Assembly (NCBI GenBank): GCA_963667175.2
Contig: CAXXXF010000006.1
Span: forward strand, 448,001 to 512,000
Source: Candidatus Latescibacterota bacterium
GTDB lineage: Bacteria; Latescibacterota; UBA2968; GCA-2709665
Reading direction: 5' to 3'
DNA length: 64,000 nucleotides
In this document: one piece after another, positions 1 to 10,109 of the stretch
How positions within the stretch are numbered: the first letter of the stretch is position 1
Layout: every line of letters begins with the position of its first letter
Notes under the pieces: generated by a model
What the model saw: the letters and a program-made list of their open reading frames with translations, nothing else
What the model was told of the DNA's origin: nothing
Databases searched by the model: none
Translations under genes and position numbers: made by a program

Positions 1-19
1 GGTACACCCCGCCGGATTC

Positions 20-2494
20 GTGGACGTGGCGACCCTGGAAGAGATCGGGCGGAAAATTCGGACCCACGACTGGGCAAAGAAAGCGCTGGGACAACTGAGG
101 GAGAGTGTCCAACCCTGGCTGGCGCAGCCGCTCGAACGCATCGAGTCGCTGATGCCGAAACGGAAGATGCAGGTGTACTGGCTGCTGATGTGCCCGCGAT
201 GTCGCGAGAGAATGAGGTTCTATCCGTTCAACGACCGTGAAGTCACCTGCCTGAATTGCGACGAAACCTATCCGCTGAGCCAGCAGTCGACGGCGGTGCA
301 TCTGACCGGCAGGTATTACGGCACGCTGTACGAAGGCTGGGGCTGCTCCTTCATCCAGGCCATGGCAAACGCGGCACAGCAACTTGCATTCCTGTACGCT
401 CTGGGCGCGGAACGCAGTTACGCGGAAAAGAGCGCCGGGATCCTGAAACTATTCGCGAGAAATATCCAATCCCTGCCCGTTCAGGGAAGCGGTACCCAGC
501 ATGTCATCTGGACCTATAATATGGAAGGCGACTGCGTCATCGTGCTGGCGCTGGCGGAAGCCTACGAACTTCTGAGATCGTCGGCCGGCCTGTTCACCAC
601 TCAGGAACACCGTCAGATCCGGGAAGACCTGCTCCGGCACTGGGCCGATGCTGTCTTTCGCGTCGAAACGGACAGCAGCCCGCGCCACAACGGCATGTTC
701 GCCTATCTGAGTTCCGTGGCGATGGTGGGCTGCGCGATCGAAAGCGCGGATTACGTGGACTGGGCGTTCGGTCATCGGAAATACGCCTCTGAACGGCGCC
801 CGCGTCACCGGGGTATCCGCTGGCTCACCCGGAACAACTATCTGGCGGACGGGGCATTCTGGGGTCTGTGCAGCGCCTACCACCTGTACGCCCTGGGTCC
901 GAACTGCCGTGCGCTCGTACTCGGTCACAGGCTTTCACGCCAGATGCCGGACCTGTTCCCGCCTGACGTCTACGATGAACTGAACCCGGGCAACGACAGT
1001 TACCGAAAGGTGCGCGGCGCCATCAAATGGTTCACCGCCCAGGCATTTCCCGATCTGACGGTTGCGCCCACCGGAGATATGGGAGGGCGCGCCAGTCTTG
1101 CCAGTTATCCGCTCACGGCGGAAATCGGATATCGCTACCTGGACACTGAAGAAACGGGTTCGTACCGCGAACTTCGAGAAGGCGACAGAGGATTGACCGG
1201 ACTCCTTTTCGGGGCGGACGCTATAGAGAAGCAACCTGTGCCCTATCGGAGCGCCAACCTTTCCAGCGGGTACGTGGCGTTGAAGCGGGAGGCCGGAGGC
1301 AACCGGCTGTACGCCGGTCTGAACGCGCTCCTGCCCGGATCCGGTCACGCCCACGGGGATCGACTGAATCTCATCACCTACTCGCACGACCGGATGCTGA
1401 CCGGCGAGAAGCGCACCCGGTACGAAGACCCCGATCAGCGCATATATAGCGGGGCGTCGTACGCACACAATACGGTCACCGTCGACGAAACGTCGCAGGT
1501 TCACGGCGACGCACTGACGGGAGACCGGGTCCCGCACATCCGTACCTTCGTCGACCTTCCCGCAGGCCAGGTGGCCGAAGCCCACGGTGACCGGGTGTAT
1601 GGACAGACGGATATCTACCGCCGCATTCTGATCCAGGTCGACGCCTACCTGCTGGATATCTTCCGTGTGGAGGGCGGAGGGACACACGACTGGTTCTATC
1701 ACGGTATCGGAGAGGAACCGGAGATCGGTCTGTCGATGAAGGAAGGAAGCGGATTCGAACCGGCCCTCTACGTCAGGAGGGGCGAACCGCGATACATGGA
1801 AGGTCCGGCGGAGAAATCGTTCGCGGCGACCTGGCGCGTGCCGCCGGACCCTGAATCTGGTAACGGCGCCACTCGATCCCACGTATTCAACCGGGTGACG
1901 GTGTCCGGTTCGCGGGGACAGGCTGCCTACATGCTGAACACCTATCCGGACCCGGGAAGGCACAGCCTGATGGTCCGCCATCGGGAGACTGCGGCGCCCT
2001 TTGTCGCCGTCCACGAGGCCTACGTTGAGAGACCCGTGGCCACGGACGTTCGGATGCTGCCGGGGAATGCGGCCGCGGTGGTCCACGTCGAACACGCCGA
2101 CGGCGGAAGCAGGCAGGCGATTTACGAGACCGGATCGGGACCGGGGGGGCTCCGGCTGGACGGGCGTTTCGCATCGATATGCCGCGACGCCGCGGGGCGG
2201 GCGTTGAGCATCCTCCTGGTGCACGCGACGGAATTCGGTTCGGGCGGAATCCGAATACGGTCGCGCAGTCCCGTCACTCTCTCGGCCGCCTTCGAGGACG
2301 ACGCGATCCAACTGGTGTCCTGTCCGGCCGTGGGCTATGAAACGCTGGAGGGCCGGCCCGTGTACGACATTGGCCACGACGCGGACGTCTGTATCGAACT
2401 CCCGCCGGAGGGGGCGCGGGCAGGGAGAAAGATAGATGCCCGGTTGCCGGCACAGACCGCGAGTGGGCCGGTCAGCATCGAAGTGTCGAGATAA
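20..2494 (+). CDS. Heparinase II/III-family (polysaccharide lyase-like) protein; true start may lie upstream of the window
   Basis: 824-aa ORF with GHAHGDRLN and ASYAHNTVTVD motifs typical of the heparinase II/III C-terminal domain; N-terminal CxxC...CxxC. Confidence 0.75.
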   Translation: MDVATLEEIGRKIRTHDWAKKALGQLRESVQPWLAQPLERIESLMPKRKMQVYWLLMCPRCRERMRFYPFNDREVTCLNCDETYPLSQQSTAVHLTGRYYGTLYEGWGCSFIQAMANAAQQLAFLYALGAERSYAEKSAGILKLFARNIQSLPVQGSGTQHVIWTYNMEGDCVIVLALAEAYELLRSSAGLFTTQEHRQIREDLLRHWADAVFRVETDSSPRHNGMFAYLSSVAMVGCAIESADYVDWAFGHRKYASERRPRHRGIRWLTRNNYLADGAFWGLCSAYHLYALGPNCRALVLGHRLSRQMPDLFPPDVYDELNPGNDSYRKVRGAIKWFTAQAFPDLTVAPTGDMGGRASLASYPLTAEIGYRYLDTEETGSYRELREGDRGLTGLLFGADAIEKQPVPYRSANLSSGYVALKREAGGNRLYAGLNALLPGSGHAHGDRLNLITYSHDRMLTGEKRTRYEDPDQRIYSGASYAHNTVTVDETSQVHGDALTGDRVPHIRTFVDLPAGQVAEAHGDRVYGQTDIYRRILIQVDAYLLDIFRVEGGGTHDWFYHGIGEEPEIGLSMKEGSGFEPALYVRRGEPRYMEGPAEKSFAATWRVPPDPESGNGATRSHVFNRVTVSGSRGQAAYMLNTYPDPGRHSLMVRHRETAAPFVAVHEAYVERPVATDVRMLPGNAAAVVHVEHADGGSRQAIYETGSGPGGLRLDGRFASICRDAAGRALSILLVHATEFGSGGIRIRSRSPVTLSAAFEDDAIQLVSCPAVGYETLEGRPVYDIGHDADVCIELPPEGARAGRKIDARLPAQTASGPVSIEVSR

Positions 2495-2564
2495 CGCCGG
2501 TCCGGCAGGCTCAGTATCCTCGTCAGGTGTCCGATCAGGCGACGTCCGGCTGCGTCTGGCGCGT

Positions 2565-3533
2565 TCACTTCCGACTGCCGCTGGCGTCCTGGATTTTCGG
2601 ACTGCCGGGCCCCACCGTATTTCGAACCGCGAAACAGTCTTCGCGAGACAGGCATTTCCCCGCCGCTCCCACGGCTTCGGCGATCTGGTCGGGCGTCTTG
2701 ATCCCGCAGACGGCCACATGAATCGCCGGATGCATCAGCGTGGCGGACAGCGCCAGCTGGTAGATCGTGAGGTTGTTGCGTTCCGCGATCGGTTTCAGGC
2801 TTTGCACCTTCGCGCACAACTCCCTGAACCGGTCTCCCTGAAAATCAGGATGATTCATCCTGAAATCCTCAAACGTCTCGTCTCCGGAGTACTTTCCGCT
2901 GAGCAGTCCCTTGTGCATGGGTGAATAGATCATCACCCCGATATTCTCCGATTGGCACCAGGGCAACAGGTCGTTCTCCCCGGCAGGTTCAATCAGGCTG
3001 TACGGAGGCTGTACAACGTTATACGCGCCGAAGCGGCGCTGGGCCCGGCACTGCTCGACGGAATGGTTGCTCACCCCGTATGACCGGATCTTTCCCTGAT
3101 CGCGAAGTCTCTCCAGGGTTCCCGCGATATCGGCGAGCGGCGTCATCGGATCGTACATGTGAAGCAGATAGAGATCGATTGTCTCGATTCCCATCCGTCC
3201 GAGCGATACGTCGCAGCGCGCCATGACGTGTTCGGGTGAAAGATCCGGATACCGGGAACCGTCCGGGTTGAAGTGGTTGAACACTTTGGTCGCCAGCACG
3301 AGTTCGTCCCTCGGCAGATCCCTCACGACCTCGCCCAGCACGGTCTCGGCATACCCATCGCCGTAGGCCTCCGCCGTATCGAAAAAGTTGATTCCGCGAT
3401 CGAACGCGAACTTCATCGCGGCCATCGCGTCGTCCTTCGACTGCGGCCCCCAGAACCGGGGACTGAGTTGCCACGTGCCGACGGCAATCGGGGATACCGA
3501 AAGGCCGCTTTCGCCAAGCACGACACGGTCCAT
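2565..3533 (-). CDS. Aldo/keto reductase
   Basis: VSPIAVGTW, GINFFDTAEAYG, IDLYLLH, GKIRSYGVSN motifs; ATG at 3533 preceded by GGGAGG RBS. Confidence 0.92.
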   Translation of the reverse strand: MDRVVLGESGLSVSPIAVGTWQLSPRFWGPQSKDDAMAAMKFAFDRGINFFDTAEAYGDGYAETVLGEVVRDLPRDELVLATKVFNHFNPDGSRYPDLSPEHVMARCDVSLGRMGIETIDLYLLHMYDPMTPLADIAGTLERLRDQGKIRSYGVSNHSVEQCRAQRRFGAYNVVQPPYSLIEPAGENDLLPWCQSENIGVMIYSPMHKGLLSGKYSGDETFEDFRMNHPDFQGDRFRELCAKVQSLKPIAERNNLTIYQLALSATLMHPAIHVAVCGIKTPDQIAEAVGAAGKCLSREDCFAVRNTVGPGSPKIQDASGSRK

Positions 3534-3604
3534 TGTCGTTCCTCCCATCATCGACCGACGTCCTGATTCTCTCTCGTCAAACCCGCACAGCGCGGGCGCC
3601 ATCG

Positions 3605-4681
3605 CTAATCGGCTGCGCGGACGCCTGCTTCTTCCATCGTACCGAGGCCCAGCCCCCTCAGGTCAGCCACCGTGTCCGTTTCCTCCGCCTCGTACAGTTT
3701 CCAGATCACCTTGAGCCCTTCGAGGCTGGATACAGGGTCGGTCAACGGCTTCCGGCCGGTCTCGATACAATCAATAAAGTGCGCCATCTCCACTTCCGTC
3801 GGTTTGGCGTGCTTTTCTTCCATCAACACGATCTCCCGCTGACCGGGGTCGTGCTCGCCGGGTACGTGTTTCTCGACGTCACCCAGGTACACGACCCGTC
3901 CCGTGCGCAGATGCAGTTCCACCATGCCCTTCTCGCAGTGCGCGTGAAAGGAATATCCGAGTCGCGTGCCCCGGGCCCCCCAGGTGCCGAAGTGATATCC
4001 CAGGATGCCGCCCTCGAACTCTATGCTGACGTTACTGGTTCCCTCTCTCTCCATCCACGGCGTACCTCGATTGGTGCCCAGGTGCACGCCCTTCACCGGC
4101 CTGCCAAGCATCCACAACATCAGATCGATATAGTGGCAGCCGTGGCTGAAGAATTGCCCGCCTCCAAGGGTTCCTGCCCTGCAGTGCCAACTCTCCGGCT
4201 CACGCTGGGTGTGTTGTTCGGTCCAGATCGATAACTGGAAGACCTCGCCGAACGTCTTGCTGTCCACCACTTCCTTGAATTTCAGAACCAGCGGATGAAA
4301 CCGCATACAGTAGGCAACCATCAGCACACGGTCGTTCCGCTGCGCGGCTTCGATCATCTCCAGGCATTCCCGCTCGCTGTTGGCCATCGGCTTTTCCACG
4401 AGCACGTGCTTGCCCGCGTCCAGGCACCGGACCGTTACGGGATGGTGGAGATGATGGGGCAGCACGACGAGTACGGCGTCGACGTGATCCAGTACCTCCT
4501 CATAGTCGGCGGCAACCACGGGGTCATTGGGAAAGTGTTCGGCCACCGCCCGGGCCCGCTCGAGGTCGATATCCACCACCGCCGTAATCTCGACCCTGTG
4601 GAGCACCTCGCTCATGCGGCTGGCGTGGGACCGGGCCATGCCGCCGCAGCCGATGATTCCAACCCGTGTTCTCCGTGTCAT
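3605..4681 (-). CDS. Gfo/Idh/MocA-family oxidoreductase
   Basis: N-terminal GIIGCGGMA Rossmann motif, GKHVLVEKP, HGCHYID. Confidence 0.92.
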   Translation of the reverse strand: MTRRTRVGIIGCGGMARSHASRMSEVLHRVEITAVVDIDLERARAVAEHFPNDPVVAADYEEVLDHVDAVLVVLPHHLHHPVTVRCLDAGKHVLVEKPMANSERECLEMIEAAQRNDRVLMVAYCMRFHPLVLKFKEVVDSKTFGEVFQLSIWTEQHTQREPESWHCRAGTLGGGQFFSHGCHYIDLMLWMLGRPVKGVHLGTNRGTPWMEREGTSNVSIEFEGGILGYHFGTWGARGTRLGYSFHAHCEKGMVELHLRTGRVVYLGDVEKHVPGEHDPGQREIVLMEEKHAKPTEVEMAHFIDCIETGRKPLTDPVSSLEGLKVIWKLYEAEETDTVADLRGLGLGTMEEAGVRAAD

Positions 4682-4744
4682 CTCCCTTTCCTCCGTTTTT
4701 TCTCGTTCAAATTCAGATTCCGTCGCCGTCGTCCCATTCGAAAA

Positions 4745-4864
4745 TCACTTTACCCGTCTCCCCGCGACCCTCATTTCGATGACTACCTGTCCGGGCCCCG
4801 GTTCCGGGCGATTGAAATCCCTGACTTCCACGTTACTGTCGCCAAGATAGACAACGCCCCTCAT
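4745..4864 (-). pseudogene. N-terminal stub of a zinc-binding (MDR) alcohol dehydrogenase
   Basis: MRGVVYLGDSNVEVRDFNRPEPGPGQVVIEMRVAG matches the GroES-like MDR N-terminus but stops at codon 40, just before the expected C-x-SD Zn motif. Confidence 0.65.
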
Positions 4865-5142
4865 ACCCTCATCTCCCAAGAATTGAATTCGCCGGTTTGA
4901 TTGCCTATCTTTGTACCCCGTCGTCCGGATGTCATGTCCGAACCGCCACTTCCGATTTCGGCCGCGATACATCGCATCCCCTTCCTCGCAGAAACGGGAC
5001 CGGGGATGGAAGCGGGATTCCCGCCACGGCAGCGTAGCAATGATACTGCGAACCCCGATCGTTCGCAAGGAGACATTGCAAGCGAATACCGATAGGTCAG
5101 GGGTTCCGTCGGGTCGGAACATACAAAGAACAGGAGAATCCC

Positions 5143-6873
5143 ATGCCTGAAACGGTACTGTCCGAACCACGACATACAGTGTGCGTAGAACGTAATATTC
5201 CCGTGAAGATGCGAGACGGCGTTGTCCTTCGAGCCGACGTCTACCGCCCCGAAGCCCGGGGCCGGTATCCGGTCATCCTGGAACGGGTTGCCTACGAACT
5301 GGTCGGCCGGTGCACGTCGAACGGCGAATTCTTCGCGAGCCGGGGATACGTCTTCGTGGGACAGAACGTACGGGGCGTCTTCGCGTCGGAGGGGGACTGG
5401 AGACCCTTCCGGGACGACGGTTGGGGCGCCAACCGCGACGGATACGACACCATCGAATGGGCGGGCGTCCAGCCCTGGTCCAACGGCAACGTGGGGATGG
5501 CCGACGGTTCCTACTCCGGATTCTCACAGTACATGGTTGCTCCGACCCGGCCGCCGCACCTGAAAGCGCTCTACGTGCGGCAGGGCGGACCTGACTATTA
5601 CAGCGGCTTCTGGTACCGTTACGGCGCCTACTCGCTGCCCTTCCAGAAATGGGCGATGCAGACCCTTCTGGCGCAGTTGGAACACGAAAGCGCGCCGCCG
5701 GGTCTGGAGGCCGAGACGGCGCGTCTTGCAACGGCACTCGATGAATACGAAAGCTGGGAGCGGCACCTCCCGCTCAAGTCCTTTCCGCCGTTGGACGGGC
5801 TTCTGGACTGGTACTTCGAAGACCTGCGCCATCCCGAAGACGGACCCTACTGGTGGCCCACCAACGTCACGTCGAAATTCGGGGAGATCGAAACACCCAT
5901 GCTTCATTTCGGCGCGTGGTTCGACGTCTTCCTGGACGGAACGCTGCAGTGCTTCCGGGGCATTCGAAAAAACGGCCGTACCCGGGCCTGCCGGGAAGGG
6001 CAGCGCCTGCTCATCGGACCCTGGATCCACGGTCCGGGAAACGCCGCAAAACGCGTCGTCGGCGAACTGGACTTCGGCCCGGAGGCGGCGTTCGACATGA
6101 ACGCGCACCGTCTGCAATGGTACGATTACTGGCTGAAGGGAATGGATAACGGAATGATGGATGGCCCGCCGGTACGCATCTTCCTGATGGGAAAGAACGA
6201 GTGGCTGGACCTGGACGACTGGCCGCCGCCGGGCGTCACGTACCGGACTGCGTATTTGCGGGAAGGTCCCGGGAAGAATGAGAACTCGCTCAACAACGGC
6301 GGCTTGACTTTCGACGCTCCCGAGACCGCCGAACGTCCGGACAGCTTTTCGTACGATCCGAACGACCCCATGCCCGGGCTGCGTTTCTATCCCACGCTGG
6401 GGCCCGTGGACCATCAGCACCTGGAAAGCGGCATGCTCACCTATACCTCTGCCGTGCTGAAGCGCGACCTGACCGTCATCGGGCCCGTCAAGGCAATTGT
6501 ACACGGCCTGTCGTCAGCCCCGGATACGGACTGGGTGGTCAGACTTTGCGACGTCTGGCCGGATGGCCGGTCCATGCCCGTCTGCGACGGGATCCTGAGG
6601 GCGCGATTCCGCAACTCTCTGCAACGCCCTGAACTCCTGATGCCGGGAAAGATCTACAGATTTGAAATCGACATGTCCGCCACGGCGCAGGTATTCCAAT
6701 CGGGGCACTGCCTGCGGGTGGAAATCACAAGTAGCGATTTCCCCCGGTACGATCGAAACCTGAACACGGGAGGGCCCTTCGGCGAAGAAGCCACCGGCCA
6801 GGTTGCCGTCAACACGGTCTTTCACGACGCAGACCGGCCGTCATACGTCGTCCTGCCCATTGTGGACGACTGA
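5143..6873 (+). CDS. CocE/NonD-family serine hydrolase (PepX/S15-like)
   Basis: VKMRDGVVLRADVYRP, DGYDTIEW...WSNGNVGM, nucleophile GSYSG, IGPWIH, C-terminal SSDFPRYDRNLNTG; AGGAG RBS. Confidence 0.93.
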   Translation: MPETVLSEPRHTVCVERNIPVKMRDGVVLRADVYRPEARGRYPVILERVAYELVGRCTSNGEFFASRGYVFVGQNVRGVFASEGDWRPFRDDGWGANRDGYDTIEWAGVQPWSNGNVGMADGSYSGFSQYMVAPTRPPHLKALYVRQGGPDYYSGFWYRYGAYSLPFQKWAMQTLLAQLEHESAPPGLEAETARLATALDEYESWERHLPLKSFPPLDGLLDWYFEDLRHPEDGPYWWPTNVTSKFGEIETPMLHFGAWFDVFLDGTLQCFRGIRKNGRTRACREGQRLLIGPWIHGPGNAAKRVVGELDFGPEAAFDMNAHRLQWYDYWLKGMDNGMMDGPPVRIFLMGKNEWLDLDDWPPPGVTYRTAYLREGPGKNENSLNNGGLTFDAPETAERPDSFSYDPNDPMPGLRFYPTLGPVDHQHLESGMLTYTSAVLKRDLTVIGPVKAIVHGLSSAPDTDWVVRLCDVWPDGRSMPVCDGILRARFRNSLQRPELLMPGKIYRFEIDMSATAQVFQSGHCLRVEITSSDFPRYDRNLNTGGPFGEEATGQVAVNTVFHDADRPSYVVLPIVDD

Positions 6874-6902
6874 AGTGCGGTTCCGCGTATGCCTCCGGCG
6901 GT

Positions 6903-8366
6903 TCATGCTTCCGGAAACACGTTACAACCCGGCGGCGACTTCCAGAAATCCGCCAGGTCGTGTTCCACGGCGCCGGCCCACCGGCGCAACACACGCCTCC
7001 CCTCGGCCCGCCGTTGCAGCGTTGGCCCGATCGATCCCCCGTCCCAGCCCTCCCGGACCCTGGCCAGGAGTTCAGCCTTCACCTCCGCGCAGTCCGGGTC
7101 GCGCGCACGATCCTCAAACTCCACCGGGTCTTCCGCGAGATTGAACAGCTGCGGTTCATCGTATCCGTGATAGCTGTTCAATTTCCACGGACCCTGCCGG
7201 ACCATCCGTCCGGGCGGCTCATCGGCGCCGCCGTAATTCTCCGAAAGTACCTCATCCGCCCAACCCTGCGGCGGCTCGCCGCCCTCGAGAAAACACCTCA
7301 GGCTCCGTCCGGCGACCTCCGGCAGGGGTTCTCCGCCGGCCAGGTCGATCATCGTGGGGCCGACGTCCATCAGACTTGCCAATGCATCCACGCGCCTTCC
7401 TTCATCGAATCGCCCGGGAAACGACGCGATCATCGGAACGCCGACAGACCCCTCGTAGAAGCTGCTCTTCCACCACATCCCGTGCTCGCCGGCCATCTCG
7501 CCGTGGTCCGAGAGATAGATCACCGCGGTGTTGTCCGCGAACGACGTCGAGGCCAGCGTCTCGATCAGCCGGCCGATCAGACCGTCCATAAACGTGACCA
7601 GGCCGTAGTAGGCCGCGCGAGCCCGGCGTACCGCGTCATCGCCCAGTCCGTTCACGCCGCGCTTCTCGCGCCAGAGCCGGATCGCCGGATGAAGCCGGTC
7701 CAGGTAGCCCTCCGGTACGGCAGGAACCTCCACGCGAGGGTAGTACTCTTCGTACAGGTCCCTGGGACAGATGAAGGGACAATGCGGAAGCACGTACCCC
7801 ATGACCAGGCAGAACGGTCTATCGTGACCAGTCCGGTCGCGACGGGCGATAAACTCACGGCACGCGTCCGTGACCGCCACGTCGTACGCCTGGTAGGCCG
7901 TGCGCCCGGGTCCGGAAATTTCGACCGAGTTGCGGGATTGGCCCGTTGTCCCCGTGGGGATATGCCCCAGATCGGGACCCGGGCCGCCCGGAATTGGACC
8001 GGAAACATCTCCTATAATACGCGATTCGAATCCGTGTCGCTGATCGGGCCCCACAAAATGCATCCTGCCGCCCAGCACCGTTTCGTATCCCGCCAGCCCC
8101 AGACCATGCGCGAAGGTAGGGACGTCGGACCTAAGAAAACAGGCATTGGACCACACTTCGATGTCTGAAGAATGACGGCCCGTGAGAAAGGTCATACGGG
8201 AAGGCACGCAAAGCGGTGACCCGCAATAGGTGTTTTCGAACAATACGCCGCGTCCCGCCAGAGCGTCCAGGTGCGGGGTACGGACGATTGGATCCCCGGC
8301 GCAACCCATAAACCGCCGGTTGTGCTGGTCCGACATGATGACCAGAAAATTCGGTTGATCCGGCAA
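6903..8366 (-). CDS. Formylglycine-dependent sulfatase (choline-sulfatase-like)
   Basis: PNFLVIMSDQH, CxPxR signature CVPSR, GRMHF, SDHGEM.GEHG.WWK. Confidence 0.93.
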   Translation of the reverse strand: MPDQPNFLVIMSDQHNRRFMGCAGDPIVRTPHLDALAGRGVLFENTYCGSPLCVPSRMTFLTGRHSSDIEVWSNACFLRSDVPTFAHGLGLAGYETVLGGRMHFVGPDQRHGFESRIIGDVSGPIPGGPGPDLGHIPTGTTGQSRNSVEISGPGRTAYQAYDVAVTDACREFIARRDRTGHDRPFCLVMGYVLPHCPFICPRDLYEEYYPRVEVPAVPEGYLDRLHPAIRLWREKRGVNGLGDDAVRRARAAYYGLVTFMDGLIGRLIETLASTSFADNTAVIYLSDHGEMAGEHGMWWKSSFYEGSVGVPMIASFPGRFDEGRRVDALASLMDVGPTMIDLAGGEPLPEVAGRSLRCFLEGGEPPQGWADEVLSENYGGADEPPGRMVRQGPWKLNSYHGYDEPQLFNLAEDPVEFEDRARDPDCAEVKAELLARVREGWDGGSIGPTLQRRAEGRRVLRRWAGAVEHDLADFWKSPPGCNVFPEA

Positions 8367-8408
8367 GACAGGCCCCCTCGTCTTCAGGCCATTAATTCAT
8401 GAAACGGA

Positions 8409-8610
8409 ACAAACATGGATGGACAGGATGGACAGGATGGACAGGATGAAAACCGAAAAACACGACAAAACCAACATCGAAAACTACGAAATACACGAAA
8501 AAGCGCGAAAAAAGCACGAGAAAAACCGAAAAACACGTCAAAGGCACAAGAAAACGAACATCAGAAACTACGAAACACGCGAAAAAACGAAAAACGACGA
8601 GACAGAAAAA
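8409..8610 (+). repeat. A-rich modular intergenic repeat, copy 1 (GGACAGGAT 9-mers and AACTACGAAATACACGAAA modules)
   Basis: catggat(ggacaggat)x3, two aactacgaaa(t/c)ac(a/g)cgaaa modules; the same modules recur at about 33640-34012 and 49097-49575. Confidence 0.85.
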
Positions 8611-8764
8611 ATAGTGATCCGTGGATGAAATCAACTGCGGCAAGAGGCCTGCATGCAGCGCATGCCACTGCGCGGGCAGGCGCAAAACCGAAATGTTGCA
8701 CTTCAGCCTGGCAATGCAACGATTTTCATCATTACAGACGCTCCAAAGGGGCCTGACAACTGTC

Positions 8765-10021
8765 TTAAAATCCCCCGGGAGTTCCCGGCCCCGAAAACGT
8801 GACGAGCCGGATACGATGATTGTACGTATCGGCAATGTAAAGGAGTCCGTTTGCCTCGTCGAACCCGACGCCGGCGGGCCGGTTCAAAGCGGCCGACGTG
8901 GCTGGGCCTCCGTCTCCGCTGAATCCCGCCTGTCCGTTCCCGGCTACCGTCTCGATGATCCCGGAAGCCAGGTCGATTGCCCGGATGCGGTGGTTCATCT
9001 CATCGGCGACGTACAGCCGCCCATCCGGGCCGAACTGAATATCGCGCGGGTTGTTCAGATTCGCTCGGGTGGCCGGACCGCCGTCGCCACCGAACCCCGC
9101 GTCGCCCGTGCCCGCCACGCTATCGATCCGGTCCCTCTCAAAGTCCACGCGCCGGATCCGCTGATTGAGCGTATCGGAAATATAGAGCTTTCCATCCGGT
9201 CCAAAGGCCAAACCACCCGCGGGCGGAGGACTGTTGCCCGCCGGGAAGTTCAATTGTGCCATCAGGGGAGGGCCGCCGTCGCCGCCGTATCCCGCCGCGC
9301 CCGTTCCCACCACTGTCCTGATGACGCTGTCGAGATCGATCTTACGCACCCGCAGGTTGCGCTGATCCAGAACATAGAGCGTATTGTCCGGCGCAAGCAC
9401 CGTCTGCGAAGGATAGCTCAGGAGCGCGTCCTCCGCGGGGCCGCCGTCGCCCGCAAACCCCGGTGCGTCTCCAAGGAATACCCGCACCCTGCCGCTGGCA
9501 GGATCGAAAAGCCGCAGCTTGTGGTTTCGCCAGGCCGTCAGCAGAAAGGCCCCGCCCGAGAGCTGAGCCAGGTGCGTCGGATGACTCAGGTTGACGGATC
9601 TCCCGGGCGCGCCCGGCGGGATCCGCTCGGACTGCGCGTAAGAACCGTCGCCCATGAAACCGCTGCCGATCGCGGTCTCCAGCGTGCTGTCGCCGATGGC
9701 CGCACGACGCACGCGATGATTGTTCCAGTCCAGAACGTACACCCGGCCTTCGGGCGTGACCATGACGTCCACAGGCCAGTAGAACGTGGACAGCAGATAC
9801 ACGTTGCCGTCTCCGTCCCAACCCGCATCGCCGGTGCCCGCCCAGGTGCAGATCGTTCCGGGCGTGTCCGAACACAGCGACGGCGGCGCAATGGGTTCTT
9901 CGTCGTCATCGGATTCGATCGGATTGTCGTCTCCACAGGCCGCCAGAAAACAGGCCAGCAACCCGACACAGAACCACAACATGCCCTGCCGAATTCTGTC
10001 CGTAATGAGATGCATCTTCAC
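8765..10021 (-). CDS. NHL-repeat beta-propeller lipoprotein
   Basis: Lipobox FLAAC; repeated GxxGxxGDGGPAxxAxLNxPxxxxxxxDGxLYxAD..NHRIR NHL units. Confidence 0.9.
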   Translation of the reverse strand: MKMHLITDRIRQGMLWFCVGLLACFLAACGDDNPIESDDDEEPIAPPSLCSDTPGTICTWAGTGDAGWDGDGNVYLLSTFYWPVDVMVTPEGRVYVLDWNNHRVRRAAIGDSTLETAIGSGFMGDGSYAQSERIPPGAPGRSVNLSHPTHLAQLSGGAFLLTAWRNHKLRLFDPASGRVRVFLGDAPGFAGDGGPAEDALLSYPSQTVLAPDNTLYVLDQRNLRVRKIDLDSVIRTVVGTGAAGYGGDGGPPLMAQLNFPAGNSPPPAGGLAFGPDGKLYISDTLNQRIRRVDFERDRIDSVAGTGDAGFGGDGGPATRANLNNPRDIQFGPDGRLYVADEMNHRIRAIDLASGIIETVAGNGQAGFSGDGGPATSAALNRPAGVGFDEANGLLYIADTYNHRIRLVTFSGPGTPGGF

Positions 10022-10109
10022 TTCACCTCACACCGACTCCCAACTGACCGGCCGGTTGAAGCCGGATGCCTCCTCTCCTCAAAAGCGCCGCTTGCGGCCG
10101 GGAGGACCA

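Noticed and set aside
935-2719. 594-aa minus-strand ORF
   Set aside because: Antisense shadow of the heparinase-like gene
8392-8835. ORFs over A-rich array 1 (MDRMDRMDRM..., MDGQDGQD..., and the Phe/Val-rich reverse ORF)
   Set aside because: Open frames follow from T-poor repeat composition; frames differ between array copies and no RBS is evident
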